Assembly: GCA_963720545.1 (NCBI GenBank)
Contig: OY970399.1
Location: forward strand, 2,816,001 to 2,880,000
Length of the DNA stretch: 64,000 bases
Direction: 5' to 3'
Source: an uncultured Acidobacteriota bacterium
GTDB lineage: Bacteria > Acidobacteriota > Vicinamibacteria > Fen-336
Of the stretch, positions 45,962 to 55,543 are shown in pieces. Under the pieces are notes generated by a model. The model had not been told where the DNA came from. It saw nothing but the letters and a program-made list of their open reading frames with translations, and did no database searches. Made by a program: the position numbers and the translations under genes. The first letter of the stretch is position 1. Each line of letters begins with the position of its first letter.

Positions 45962-48911
45962 GTTCGGCTTCGTCCACGACGCCCGAATACTGGCGCAGCC
46001 TCGGCGGGCTTGCCGGCAGCGACGAGTCGCGCGAGTACCGCGAGCGCGAGTTCCCGGAAGGCGCGTCGGAAGCGCCCGACGTGCTGACGCGGCGCCAGGC
46101 CCTCACCCTCATGGGTGCGTCGGTTTCGCTCGCGAGCCTGGCCGCCTGCCGGCGCCCCACCGAGCACATCGTGCCCTACGTCAACGCGCCCGAGCAGGTG
46201 ATCCCCGGCGTGCCGCGCCACTACGCGACCACCATGCCCTCGGGCACCAGCGCTTACGGCCTCGTGGTCGAGAACCACGAGGGCCGGCCCACCAAGATCG
46301 AAGGCAACGAACTGCATCCCGCGACCCTCGGCTCGTCGAGCGCCCGCGTCCAGGCCGCGGTCCTCGACCTCTACGACCCCGACCGGTCGCCGTTCGTCAC
46401 GAGCAGGGGCGAGGCCACCAACTGGGACGCATTCGTGAACGCCTGGAAGGTGCGGACGAAGGCGCACGCCGACGACGGCGGCGCATCGCTCGCGCTGCTG
46501 CTGCCGCCCTCCGCGTCGCCAACCCTGTTCCGCGGCGTCGACGCCTTCCGCAAGGCGTTTCCGCAGGCGCTGGTGGTGGTGGCCGGTCCGGTGACCGACC
46601 GCAACGTCCATGCCGGCGTCGCACGCGCCGCCGGGCGCGCGCTCCTGGGCGTGCACCATTTCGACAAGGCGCGCGCGGTGCTCGCGATCGACTCCGACTT
46701 CCTCAACACCGACGCCGAGATGATCCGCAACACGCGCGGCTACGCCGCGGCGCGGCGCCTCGCGAAGGCCGACGACTCGATGGTCCGCTTGTGGTCGGTG
46801 GAGGCCGTCTTCTCCAACACCGGGGCCAACGCCGACCATCGCCTGCGGGTGCCGGCACGCAGCATTCCCGCTGTGGTCGCAGCGCTCGCGGCCGAGCTGG
46901 GCGCGGCGCCTGCCGCCGCCCTGCCCGAGGGTGTCGATGCGGCATGGATCAAGGCGGCGGCGGCCGACCTCACGGCACACAAGGGCGCCTCGCTCGTCGT
47001 CGCCGGGCCGCGCCAGCCGCCGGCGGTGCACGCCGCGGTGCTGGCACTGAACCAGCGCCTCGGCAACCTCGGCGCGACGCTCGAGTATCACGAGCCCGTG
47101 GATGCGCTGCTGCCCACCCCCGGCGGTCTCGCCGAGCTGACGACGGCGCTCGGCGCCGGACGCGTGAAGACGCTGGTGATCGCCGGGGGCAACCCCGCCT
47201 ACGACGCGCCGGCCGATCTCGACTTCCCGAACGCGGCGAAAAAGGCGGAAGAAGTCATCCACCTCGGCCTGCACCGCGACGAGACTGGCCAGCTTGCCAA
47301 TTGGCACATCCCGCAGGCGCACTTTCTCGAGTCGTGGGACGATGCGCGCGCGAGCTGTGGCACGCTGAGCGTGGTGCAGCCGATGATCCTGCCGCTCTAC
47401 TCCGGCAAGAGCACGGCCGAACTGTTGCACCTGCTGGCGTCGTCCGAATCGAAGGCCGCCTACGACCTGGTGCGCGAGACCTGGCAGGGACTGCTCGGCG
47501 CCGACTTCGAGAAGAAGTGGCGCCGCGTCCTGCACGACGGCGTGCTTGGCGGCAGCGCGTTGCCCGCGGTGGCGGTCGCGGCCGGGAACGCGGCATCCGT
47601 CCGCCGGCGAACTCGCCGCGCTGTCGGCACCCGCCGCAGGCGACCTCGACCTCGTGTTCGCGGCCTGCCCAAAGGTCGGCGACGGCAGTGCTGCCAACAA
47701 CCCGTGGCTGCAGGAGCTGCCCGATCCGCTCACCAAGGTCACCTGGGACAACCCGCTGCTCGTCAGCCCGAAAACCGCCGCGGCCAAGGGGCTGAAGGAC
47801 GGCGACATCGTCAAGGTGGAGGCCGGCGGCCGCAGCCTCGAGCTGCCGATCTTCCGCGTTCCCGGCATGGCCGAGCGGACCGCGGTCGCGGTACTCGGCT
47901 ATGGCCGCAGCAGCGCCGGCCGGGCCGCGAACGGCGTCGGCTTTGCCACATATGCCCTGCGCGCGGCGGCGCAGATGGACCTCACCCCCGCCGTCATCAG
48001 CGGGACGGGGCGCAACTATGCCCTGGCGCAGACGCAGGAGCACGGCAGCATGGACGGCCGTTCCATCGTGCGCAGCGCGAGCCTCGCCGCCTATCGCAAG
48101 AACCCGAAATTCGCCGCCGACCACGAGGAGCTCGTTCTCCCTGTGGAAGGAGCACGAGTACAAGAGCAAGCCGCAGTGGGGGATGGTGATCGACCTCGGC
48201 TCCTGCACCGGCTGCAACGCCTGCGCGGTGGCGTGCCAGAGCGAGAACAACATTCCGGTGGTCGGCCGCGACCAGGTGAGCCGCGGCCGCGAGATGGCCT
48301 GGATCCGCATCGACCGCTACTTCACCGGCGAACCCGAGGATGCCGGCGCCGTGTTCCAGCCGGTGCCGTGCATGCAGTGCGAAAACGCGCCTTGCGAACA
48401 GGTCTGTCCGGTGGCGGCGACGGTGCACGACGCCGAAGGCCTGAACGCGATGGTCTACAACCGCTGCATCGGCACCCGCTATTGCTCGAACAACTGCCCC
48501 TACAAGGTGCGCCACTTCAACTTCTACAACTACACCAAGGACACGCCCGAGCTGTTCAAGATGGCGAACAACCCGGACGTCACGGTGCGCGCCCGCGGCG
48601 TGATGGAGAAGTGCACCTACTGCGTGCAGCGCATCAGCGAGGCGCGCATCGACGCGCGGCTCGGGGGACGCGAGCTGAAGGACGGCGACGTCAAGACCGC
48701 GTGCCAGCAGGCGTGCCCGGCCGAAGCGATCCGCTTCGGCGACATCCTCGACCAGCAGAGCGCCGTCGCCACGGCGCGCGCCAGCGACCGCAACTACTCC
48801 CTGCTCGCAGAGCTCAACACCAAGCCGCGCACCACCTACCTGGCGCGCGTGCGCAACCCCGACCCGGCGCTCGAGCCGGAGAAAGACGCGCCGGCGGAGG
48901 AACATGCATAG
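45958..48911 (+). CDS. actB: ActB-like Tat-exported Fe-S protein (second copy), two apparent frameshifts
   Basis: [56 protein letters not shown] and RGVMEKC. Shifts near 47602 and 48132. Confidence 0.9.
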
Positions 48912-49542
48912 TTCGCCGGTCCTGCGCGGCGCGGCCATCGCGCTGCTGGTGGTCACCACCGGGTGCCGTGGCTGCCGCTCGTCGCAGCCGCCGATCCACG
49001 TCAACCCGAGCATGGATCACCAGCCGAAGTACCTGCCGCAGGCGGAAAGCGACTTCTTCTACGACGGCATGACCATGCGCCAGCCGGTGCCCGGCACGGT
49101 GGCGCGCGGCGAGTTGCGCGAGGACACGGTGCTGTTCGACGGCAAGGACGCGGCCGGCGCCATCGTCGCCAACTCGCCGCTGGCGCAGACGCCGGAACTG
49201 CTGGCGCGCGGCGCCGACCGCTACCACATCTATTGCGAGCCGTGCCACGACGCGCGCGGCGACGGCAAGGGCATCCTGTTCGTGCGCGGCAACATCCCGA
49301 CCGCGTCGCTGCACGATCCGACCAAGACCGCGACCGACGGCCACATCTTCGACGTCATCACCAACGGTCAGGGGCTGATGCCCGCCTACAAGTGGCCGCT
49401 GCCGCCCGAGGATCGCTGGGCCATCATCGCCCACGTCCGCGAGCTGCAGCGCGTGCGCGCCGAGCAGGTGGCAAGCGGCGCGGAAGCGGCGCCCGCCCCG
49501 GCGGCGCCCGCCGCAGAGCCGCCCGCCGGAGCGGTGAAATGA
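48904..49542 (+). CDS. ActE-like monoheme cytochrome c lipoprotein
   Basis: Lipobox TTGC, PPIH.NP.M..QPKY, GTVARG, CEPCH and [13 protein letters not shown]. Confidence 0.85.
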   Translation: MHSSPVLRGAAIALLVVTTGCRGCRSSQPPIHVNPSMDHQPKYLPQAESDFFYDGMTMRQPVPGTVARGELREDTVLFDGKDAAGAIVANSPLAQTPELLARGADRYHIYCEPCHDARGDGKGILFVRGNIPTASLHDPTKTATDGHIFDVITNGQGLMPAYKWPLPPEDRWAIIAHVRELQRVRAEQVASGAEAAPAPAAPAAEPPAGAVK

Positions 49543-51401
49543 ACATCAGGATCACGCGCACCCGCCTGGCGGTCGGAACGCTGCTCGTCACCGGGGTGAT
49601 GTTCGCCGGTGCGGTCGGCCTGGTGCGCACGCTGACCAACCAGGAATACCACGCTCCGGTGATCGCGGAGAAGACCGATTCCGCCGCAGCGCCGCGCGAG
49701 CAGGCGCTGAAGGATGCTTCCGAAGCGCGCCTCAAGTCGGAGCGGGAACGTCCCTACAAGGACGACGAGTACCGTGCCTTCCCGATGGTGGGCAGCCGCG
49801 TCGCGGTCTGGATCATCGCCCAGCTGCACCTGCTGTTCGCGGCATTCGTGCTGGCGGTGCCGCTGTTCGCGCTCATCATCGAGTTCATCGGCTTCCTCAA
49901 GAAAGACAAGCGCTTCGACCGGCTCGCCTACGAATTCACCAAGCTGCTGTCGGTTTCGTTCTCGCTCACCGCCACCTTCGGCGCCTTCCTGCTGTTCATG
50001 CTGGTGGTCCTGTACCCGAAGTTCATGGTGTACCTGACGCACGTGTTTTCACCGACCTTCGCACCCTACGTCGGCCTTTTCTTCTTCGAGGCGTTCTTCC
50101 TCTACACGTACTACTACGGCTGGGGAAAGTTCTCGCCAAAGGTGCACCTGTTCCTCGGCCTCTGCCTCAACCTGGTCGGCACCGGCATCATGCTGATCGC
50201 GAACGCGTGGCTCACGTTCATGACGACGCCCGCCGGCGTCTCCGAGAGCGGTGCCGTCATCAGCACCTGGGACGCCGTCCACAACTACACCTGGATGCCG
50301 ATCAACATCCACCGCATCATCGCGAACGTCGCGTTCGGCGGCTCGGTGGCGGCCGCATACGCTGCCTTCAAGTACCTGGGAGCCACCACCGACGAGGAGC
50401 GCGCCCAGTACGACTGGATGGGCTACATCGGTAACTTCATCGCCATCTGCGCGTTCCTGCCGCTGCCGTTCGCCGGCTACTGGCTGGCGTCGGAGATCTA
50501 CGCCTACTCGCAGACCCTTGGCCTCACGATGATGGGCGGCGCCTTCTCGTGGCTGTTCATCATCCAGGCGGTGCTCATCGGCAACCTGTTCCTCGGCGCC
50601 AACTATTACCTGTGGCTCGGCATGGGCCGGGTGGACGCCTCGCGCCGCTTCCAGGGCTACATCAAGTACCTGCTCATCGTCATCGCCATCTGCTTCGCCA
50701 TCTGGGGCACGCCGCGCTCGATCATCGCCACCGTCTCCGAGACGCGCGCGATGGGCGGCGCTTCGCACCCGCAGCTCGGCTACCTCGGCGTCATGTCGGC
50801 GAAGAACACCGCGGTCAACATCCTCATCCTCACCACCTACGTGAGCTTCCTGCTGTACCGCCGTTCCGGGCGCGTGCCGACAGTCTCGTGGGCGCGGCTC
50901 GGCAACATCGCGCAAGGCGCAATCGCGCTGCTGGCGGGCGGCATCGTCATCTTCCTCGGCATCTACGGCTACTTCGTCGAGGCGAAGGTGCGCATAGGAT
51001 TTTCCGTGCCCCAGGTGGGGTCGGTGCTGACCGCCATGATCGTGGTGACGATCATCGACGTGTTCATGTACCGAAACGCGCGCGACCTGGGTGAAATCCA
51101 CTGGGGGCGCATCCACCCGATCTCGCAGTACGTGCTCATCTTCCTCGCGGTCACGTTCACGTGGCTGATGGGGCTCATGGGCTACGTGCGCTCGGGCCTG
51201 CGCCAGCACTGGCACGTCTACGGCATCATGCGCGACACCTCGGTCGACGCATTTACGCCGACGCTCGGCTTCGCCACTCGCATCGTCTCGGTGACGGTGC
51301 TGCTCTTCTTCATGCTCATCGGCTTCGTGTTCTGGCTCGCGAGCCTCTCCGACCACGACCCCACCGCCGATTCGGGGCATGGCCACGGGAACAAGTCGTG
51401 A
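49539..51401 (+). CDS. Cytochrome bd subunit I (CydA)-like protein lacking the Q-loop (bd-like oxidoreductase)
   Basis: 620 aa polytopic protein. QLHLLFAAFVLAVP, FFFEAFFLY.Y.YGW, ANAW..FM.TP.G, IHRIIAN and GYVRSGLRQHW.VYG echo CydA motifs. No KLAAxE quinol motif and no cydB nearby. Confidence 0.82.
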   Translation: MNIRITRTRLAVGTLLVTGVMFAGAVGLVRTLTNQEYHAPVIAEKTDSAAAPREQALKDASEARLKSERERPYKDDEYRAFPMVGSRVAVWIIAQLHLLFAAFVLAVPLFALIIEFIGFLKKDKRFDRLAYEFTKLLSVSFSLTATFGAFLLFMLVVLYPKFMVYLTHVFSPTFAPYVGLFFFEAFFLYTYYYGWGKFSPKVHLFLGLCLNLVGTGIMLIANAWLTFMTTPAGVSESGAVISTWDAVHNYTWMPINIHRIIANVAFGGSVAAAYAAFKYLGATTDEERAQYDWMGYIGNFIAICAFLPLPFAGYWLASEIYAYSQTLGLTMMGGAFSWLFIIQAVLIGNLFLGANYYLWLGMGRVDASRRFQGYIKYLLIVIAICFAIWGTPRSIIATVSETRAMGGASHPQLGYLGVMSAKNTAVNILILTTYVSFLLYRRSGRVPTVSWARLGNIAQGAIALLAGGIVIFLGIYGYFVEAKVRIGFSVPQVGSVLTAMIVVTIIDVFMYRNARDLGEIHWGRIHPISQYVLIFLAVTFTWLMGLMGYVRSGLRQHWHVYGIMRDTSVDAFTPTLGFATRIVSVTVLLFFMLIGFVFWLASLSDHDPTADSGHGHGNKS

Positions 51402-51949
51402 GGGTGCCGGTGGTCGTCAAGATCGGCGTGCTGACCATCGCCACCACCAGCTTCTACATGTTCATCGGCCAGCTGGTGCCGCAGAAGGAAGTGCACCCGC
51501 CGAAGGAGACCGCCCTCAAGAAGGAGATGGGCGAGGCCGAGCTGGTGCAGGCGGGCCACCAGATCATGGAAGGCAAGGGGCTGTGCTTCACCTGCCACAC
51601 CATCGGCAAGTCGGGTGCCTTGCGCTTTCCCGACCTCGCCGGCATCGGCGCGCGCGCCGGGACGCGGGTGCCGGGCCTCAACGACGTCCAGTACCTGGCG
51701 CAGTCGATCTACGAGCCGAGCCATTTCATCGTGCCCGGCTTCAACCCCGGCATGCCGGTCATCAACAAGCCGCCCATCGGCCTCACCGACCAGGAAATCC
51801 TGGCCGTGATCGCCTGGCTGCAGAGCCAGGGCGGCAAGGTGAGCGTGACACTCAACTCGAAGGTGTGGCCGCTCGATGCTGCCGGCGCGGCGCCCGCTGC
51901 CGACGCGGCGGCCCCGGCGGCGTCGCCGGCAGCGGAGCCGAAGACCTAG
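51398..51949 (+). CDS. Membrane-anchored monoheme cytochrome c
   Basis: N-terminal TM, CFTCH, YLAQSIYEP..FIVPGF and GMP. Confidence 0.87.
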   Translation: MRVPVVVKIGVLTIATTSFYMFIGQLVPQKEVHPPKETALKKEMGEAELVQAGHQIMEGKGLCFTCHTIGKSGALRFPDLAGIGARAGTRVPGLNDVQYLAQSIYEPSHFIVPGFNPGMPVINKPPIGLTDQEILAVIAWLQSQGGKVSVTLNSKVWPLDAAGAAPAADAAAPAASPAAEPKT

Positions 51950-51953
51950 CGCC

Positions 51954-52781
51954 ATGACCTTCCTGTTCTTCAACCTGCCGATCCTGCTCGCCGTGATCGC
52001 GGCGTGGCTGCTGCTGCGGTGGCGCAAGGCCGGCAGCTTCACCTGGACGCTCGCCATCTGGATCGGGATGTTCCTGATCTTCCGCCTCGGCTTCGCGGTG
52101 CCGATCCCGCTCTCGGTGATCCTCCTCTACATGGGCATCGTCTCGCTGGCGCTGACCGCGTACGTGACGTCCGACTCGGAGCGGCGCACGGCGTTTGCCG
52201 CGCCGATCCTGTCGCTGGTGCTCGATCCCGCAAAGAAGCTGTTGCTCGCCGGTGTGCTGGTGCTGCTGCCGGCGCTCGCCGTCGCCGGCGCCTGGCTCAG
52301 CACCCGCGAGAAGCTCGAGGCGCCGGGCTTCGGCCGCACCGTGCACCCGGCGCCGCCCGACACCATCACCGTGCACGACAAGAGCGTCGACCTCGTCAAG
52401 GGCCACAACCCGCTGCGCGAGCTTGAGACCACGAACCCGGAACAGTTCAAGCAGCACCTCGCCAACGGCCGCAAGACGTACTACCAGAACTGCGTCTTCT
52501 GCCACGGCGACGACATGGCCGGCGACGGCATGTTCATCCACGGCCTCAACCCGATCCCGACCAACTTCACCGACAAGGGCAACATCCCGCAACTGCAGGA
52601 GACGTTCCTCTTCTGGCGCATCTCCAAGGGCGGCCCGGGACTACCGGCCGAGGGCGGCCCGTGGGATTCGGCTATGCCCGCGTGGGAGAGGTTCCTGAGC
52701 GAAGAGCAGATCTGGGAAGTGATCCTGTTCGTCTACGACTACACCGGCTACCGGCCGCGAGCCTCGGAGGCGCACGAATGA
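51954..52781 (+). CDS. Multi-TM membrane protein with C-terminal monoheme cytochrome c
   Basis: About four hydrophobic helices, then CVFCHG and SAMPAW. Confidence 0.85.
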   Translation: MTFLFFNLPILLAVIAAWLLLRWRKAGSFTWTLAIWIGMFLIFRLGFAVPIPLSVILLYMGIVSLALTAYVTSDSERRTAFAAPILSLVLDPAKKLLLAGVLVLLPALAVAGAWLSTREKLEAPGFGRTVHPAPPDTITVHDKSVDLVKGHNPLRELETTNPEQFKQHLANGRKTYYQNCVFCHGDDMAGDGMFIHGLNPIPTNFTDKGNIPQLQETFLFWRISKGGPGLPAEGGPWDSAMPAWERFLSEEQIWEVILFVYDYTGYRPRASEAHE

Positions 52782-54421
52782 TCGGCCGCGGCACCTTCGT
52801 GCGCGTCTTGCTGGCGGCCGCCGTCGCGGGCAGCCCGGCGATCCTCGCGAACGACCTCGACACCGGCAAGAAGGTCTACGACAAGAACTGCGCGCAGTGC
52901 CACGGCGACGCGGGCGACGGCAACGGCGTGGCGGCAGCGCACCTGCGGCCACGGCCCCGCGACTTCACGAGCGGCAAGTTCAAGCTGCGCACCACGCCCT
53001 CGGGCGCGCTGCCGACGGACGACGACCTGAAGCGCGTCATCCGCAAGGGCATGCCGTACACCACGATGCCGGCGTGGCCGAATCTCAGCGACGCCGAGGT
53101 CAACGGCGTCGTGATGTACGTGAAGAAATTCCACGACGGTTTCGCCGACCCGACACAGGCGCCCAAGCCCATCGACCTGCCGGCGGCGCCCGCGTTCAGC
53201 AAGGAGTCGGCGCAGAAGGGCCGCCAGATCTACGTGGACAACGGCTGCGTGCGCTGCCACGGCGACTCCGGGCGCGGCGAAGGGCCGTCCGGCCCGACGC
53301 TCGCGGACGACGCCGGCCATCCGCTGCGCGCGGCCGACCTCAACTACCGCTGGACGTTCCGCGGCGGCCCGACGCGCGAGGACATCTTCCGCACCTTCAG
53401 CACCGGGGTGAACGGCACGCCCATGCCGTCCTTCTACGATTCGCTGAAACCCGAGGAGCGCTGGAACCTCACCGACTACATCTACTCGCTGGGCGATGCC
53501 GACCTGCCGAACTACGCGACGCTGCTGGTCGCAAAGGCGGCCAGCGAAGACCTCGACGTCGCCAAGGGGGCTTCGCTCTTCGATGCGGCGCCGATGGCTC
53601 GCTTCCCGCTCGTCGGCCAGATCATGGAGCCCGGCAGGGCGTTTTCGCCGTCCTCGACGGCGGTCGAGGTCAAGGCGGTCTACGACGGCGCGCGCATCGC
53701 CTTCCTGGTGCGTTGGCACGACATCCAGGCGGACACCACCGGCAAGAATTCGCCGATGCTGGAGGTGCCGCTCGAGGAAGAGTCGTCGTCGGCCGCGCCT
53801 GCCCCTGCAGCTGGCGGCGCTGAGGATCCCTTCGCCGCGGAAGCGGCCGCGCCGGCCCCGGCGGCCGCAGCGCCGGCCGATCCGTGGGGAGACGCCGGCG
53901 CCGAAGGCGCTGCTTCGGGCTCCGCCACGGAGTTCTCCGATGCAGTCGCGATGCAGATTCCGGTGGCGCCGCCCGACGGCCCAGCCAAGCCCTACTTCCT
54001 GTTCGGCGACGGCTCGCGCGCAGTGGACCTGTGGTTCCTGGACACCGCCCAGAAGCGGGTCCACCAGTACGTCGGCCGCGGCACCGGGGCCTTGACGCTC
54101 GCCGAAGGCAGCGAGGTGGACGGCAGCGCCACCTACGCGAACGGCGAGTGGTCGGCGATCTTCATCCGCGACCTGCGCTCGACCAACAGCATCTCGTTCG
54201 CGGAAGGCGGCTACGTGCCCATCTCGTTCTCGGTCTGGGACGGGCTCGACCGCGAGCGCGGCAGCCGCCGCGCCATCACGCAGTGGTTCTACGTGTACCT
54301 CGACCCGATGGAGAAGCCGTCGGCCATCGTGCCGATCGTCACCGCCGGTGCCGCAGTGCTGTTGCTCGAGCTTCTCGGCGTGTTCCTGATCCGCCGCGGC
54401 CGCGCTCGCGCGGCGGCTTGA
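52778..54421 (+). CDS. Diheme cytochrome c fused to an ethylbenzene-dehydrogenase-gamma/DOMON-like domain, C-terminal TM anchor
   Basis: Signal peptide, CAQCH and CVRCH each with a downstream MP, then IAFLVRWHD, FSDAVAMQIP, GEWSAIFIR.L and PISFSVWDG...ER, and a C-terminal TM. Confidence 0.8.
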   Translation: MIGRGTFVRVLLAAAVAGSPAILANDLDTGKKVYDKNCAQCHGDAGDGNGVAAAHLRPRPRDFTSGKFKLRTTPSGALPTDDDLKRVIRKGMPYTTMPAWPNLSDAEVNGVVMYVKKFHDGFADPTQAPKPIDLPAAPAFSKESAQKGRQIYVDNGCVRCHGDSGRGEGPSGPTLADDAGHPLRAADLNYRWTFRGGPTREDIFRTFSTGVNGTPMPSFYDSLKPEERWNLTDYIYSLGDADLPNYATLLVAKAASEDLDVAKGASLFDAAPMARFPLVGQIMEPGRAFSPSSTAVEVKAVYDGARIAFLVRWHDIQADTTGKNSPMLEVPLEEESSSAAPAPAAGGAEDPFAAEAAAPAPAAAAPADPWGDAGAEGAASGSATEFSDAVAMQIPVAPPDGPAKPYFLFGDGSRAVDLWFLDTAQKRVHQYVGRGTGALTLAEGSEVDGSATYANGEWSAIFIRDLRSTNSISFAEGGYVPISFSVWDGLDRERGSRRAITQWFYVYLDPMEKPSAIVPIVTAGAAVLLLELLGVFLIRRGRARAAA

Positions 54422-54822
54422 ACCCGACACCGAAAGCAACCGTCGAGACGCTTCTGCGCCGCGAATGGCGCCTCGACCGTTCCTTCGAGGCGGTCGTCGT
54501 CGCCCTGGTCGGCAGCTTCCTGTTCGTCTACTTGCTCGGTCATCTCGGCAGTGCCGCGCCGGTATCTCTTTACCTGATCGCGCCCTGGTTGCCGTTCCTC
54601 CTGCTCGCGTGTTACGCGTGGTACGTGGTCGAGGCGATCCTGACCGCCCGCGCGGTCGGCCGCAGCCCGTGGCTCATCGGCGCGTGGCTCCTCGCCGCGC
54701 CGTTCCTGTCGCTGCTGCCCATCCCCGTAGTGGCTTTGGTCCTGCAGGCATCGCCCCTGATCCTGAAGTTCATCCTGGCGCGCGAGCTGCGCGCGCAAAT
54801 TCACCAGCAGACCTTCGACTGA
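54418..54822 (+). CDS. Hypothetical small polytopic membrane protein
   Basis: TTG overlaps the upstream TGA. 134 aa, highly hydrophobic. Confidence 0.6.
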   Translation: MNPTPKATVETLLRREWRLDRSFEAVVVALVGSFLFVYLLGHLGSAAPVSLYLIAPWLPFLLLACYAWYVVEAILTARAVGRSPWLIGAWLLAAPFLSLLPIPVVALVLQASPLILKFILARELRAQIHQQTFD

Positions 54823-54824
54823 CC

Positions 54825-55056
54825 TCATCGACGGATTGGCTGCCGTTCCGTCCAATCCGTCGATTTCCGTTGATCCGTTCCCCAGGCGCTTGCGTCGGTC
54901 ATCGACGGATTGGCTGCCGTTCCGTCCAATCCGTCGATTTCCGTTCTTGTCGTTCCCCAGGCGCTTGCGTCGGTCATCGACGGATTGGCTCCGGTTCCGT
55001 CCAATCCGTCGATTTCCGCTGATCCGTTCCCCAGGCGCTTGCGTCAGCATCCGTTC
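54825..55056. repeat. Tandem array of three 74-75-bp hairpin+box units (same family as 23808-24213)
   Basis: ATCGACGGATTGG-N12-CCAATCCGTCGAT starts at 54827, 54901 and 54976, each followed by TTCCG...CGTTCCCCAGGCGCTTGCGTC. Confidence 0.92.
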
Positions 55057-55101
55057 CGTCCTTGTCGCTGATTGTCGCCGCGGGCTTGGTAGGATCGGCA
55101 G

Positions 55102-55539
55102 ATGATCCGAGAGCTTGTGGACGAGGGCGACGTGCGCCGCAGCTACGACGTCATGCGCGAGCTGCGCGGCAACCTGTCCGAGGATGACTACGTGGCGCAG
55201 GTGGCGCGGCAGCGCGGCGAAGGCTACCGGCTGGCCGTGGTCGAGGACGAGAAGGACGGCACGATGACAGCGGCTGCCGGCTTCCGCATCCGCGAGATGC
55301 TGTTCCAGGGCCGCCACCTCTACGTGGACGACCTGGTGACCGCCGAGACCGAGCGCTCCAAGGGCCACGGCGATGCGCTCCTCACCTGGCTGCTGCAGCT
55401 CGCCGCGCACGAATCCTGCACGGCCCTGGAGCTCGACTCGGGGGTGCAGCGCGCCCGCGCCCACGCCTTCTACTTCTCGCAGGGAATGCACATCGCCGCC
55501 TACCACTTCGCTCTCGACCTGCCGGGCAAGGACCGCTAG
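55102..55539 (+). CDS. GNAT family N-acetyltransferase
   Basis: LYVDDLVT....RSKGHG and LELDSGVQRARAHAFY motifs. Confidence 0.92.
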   Translation: MIRELVDEGDVRRSYDVMRELRGNLSEDDYVAQVARQRGEGYRLAVVEDEKDGTMTAAAGFRIREMLFQGRHLYVDDLVTAETERSKGHGDALLTWLLQLAAHESCTALELDSGVQRARAHAFYFSQGMHIAAYHFALDLPGKDR

Positions 55540-55543
55540 CGCC

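Noticed and set aside
45958..48911. ActB copies as true molybdoenzymes (for example nitrite oxidoreductase)
   Set aside because: The motifs match ActB, whose B1 domain is known to lack Mo cofactor, and no N-terminal FS0 Cys/His motif was seen. Nitrite oxidation is not demonstrated by this window.
54825..55056. CRISPR array
   Set aside because: The 74-75-bp period and palindromes are suggestive, but whole units are near-identical with no unique spacers, and there are no cas genes in the window.
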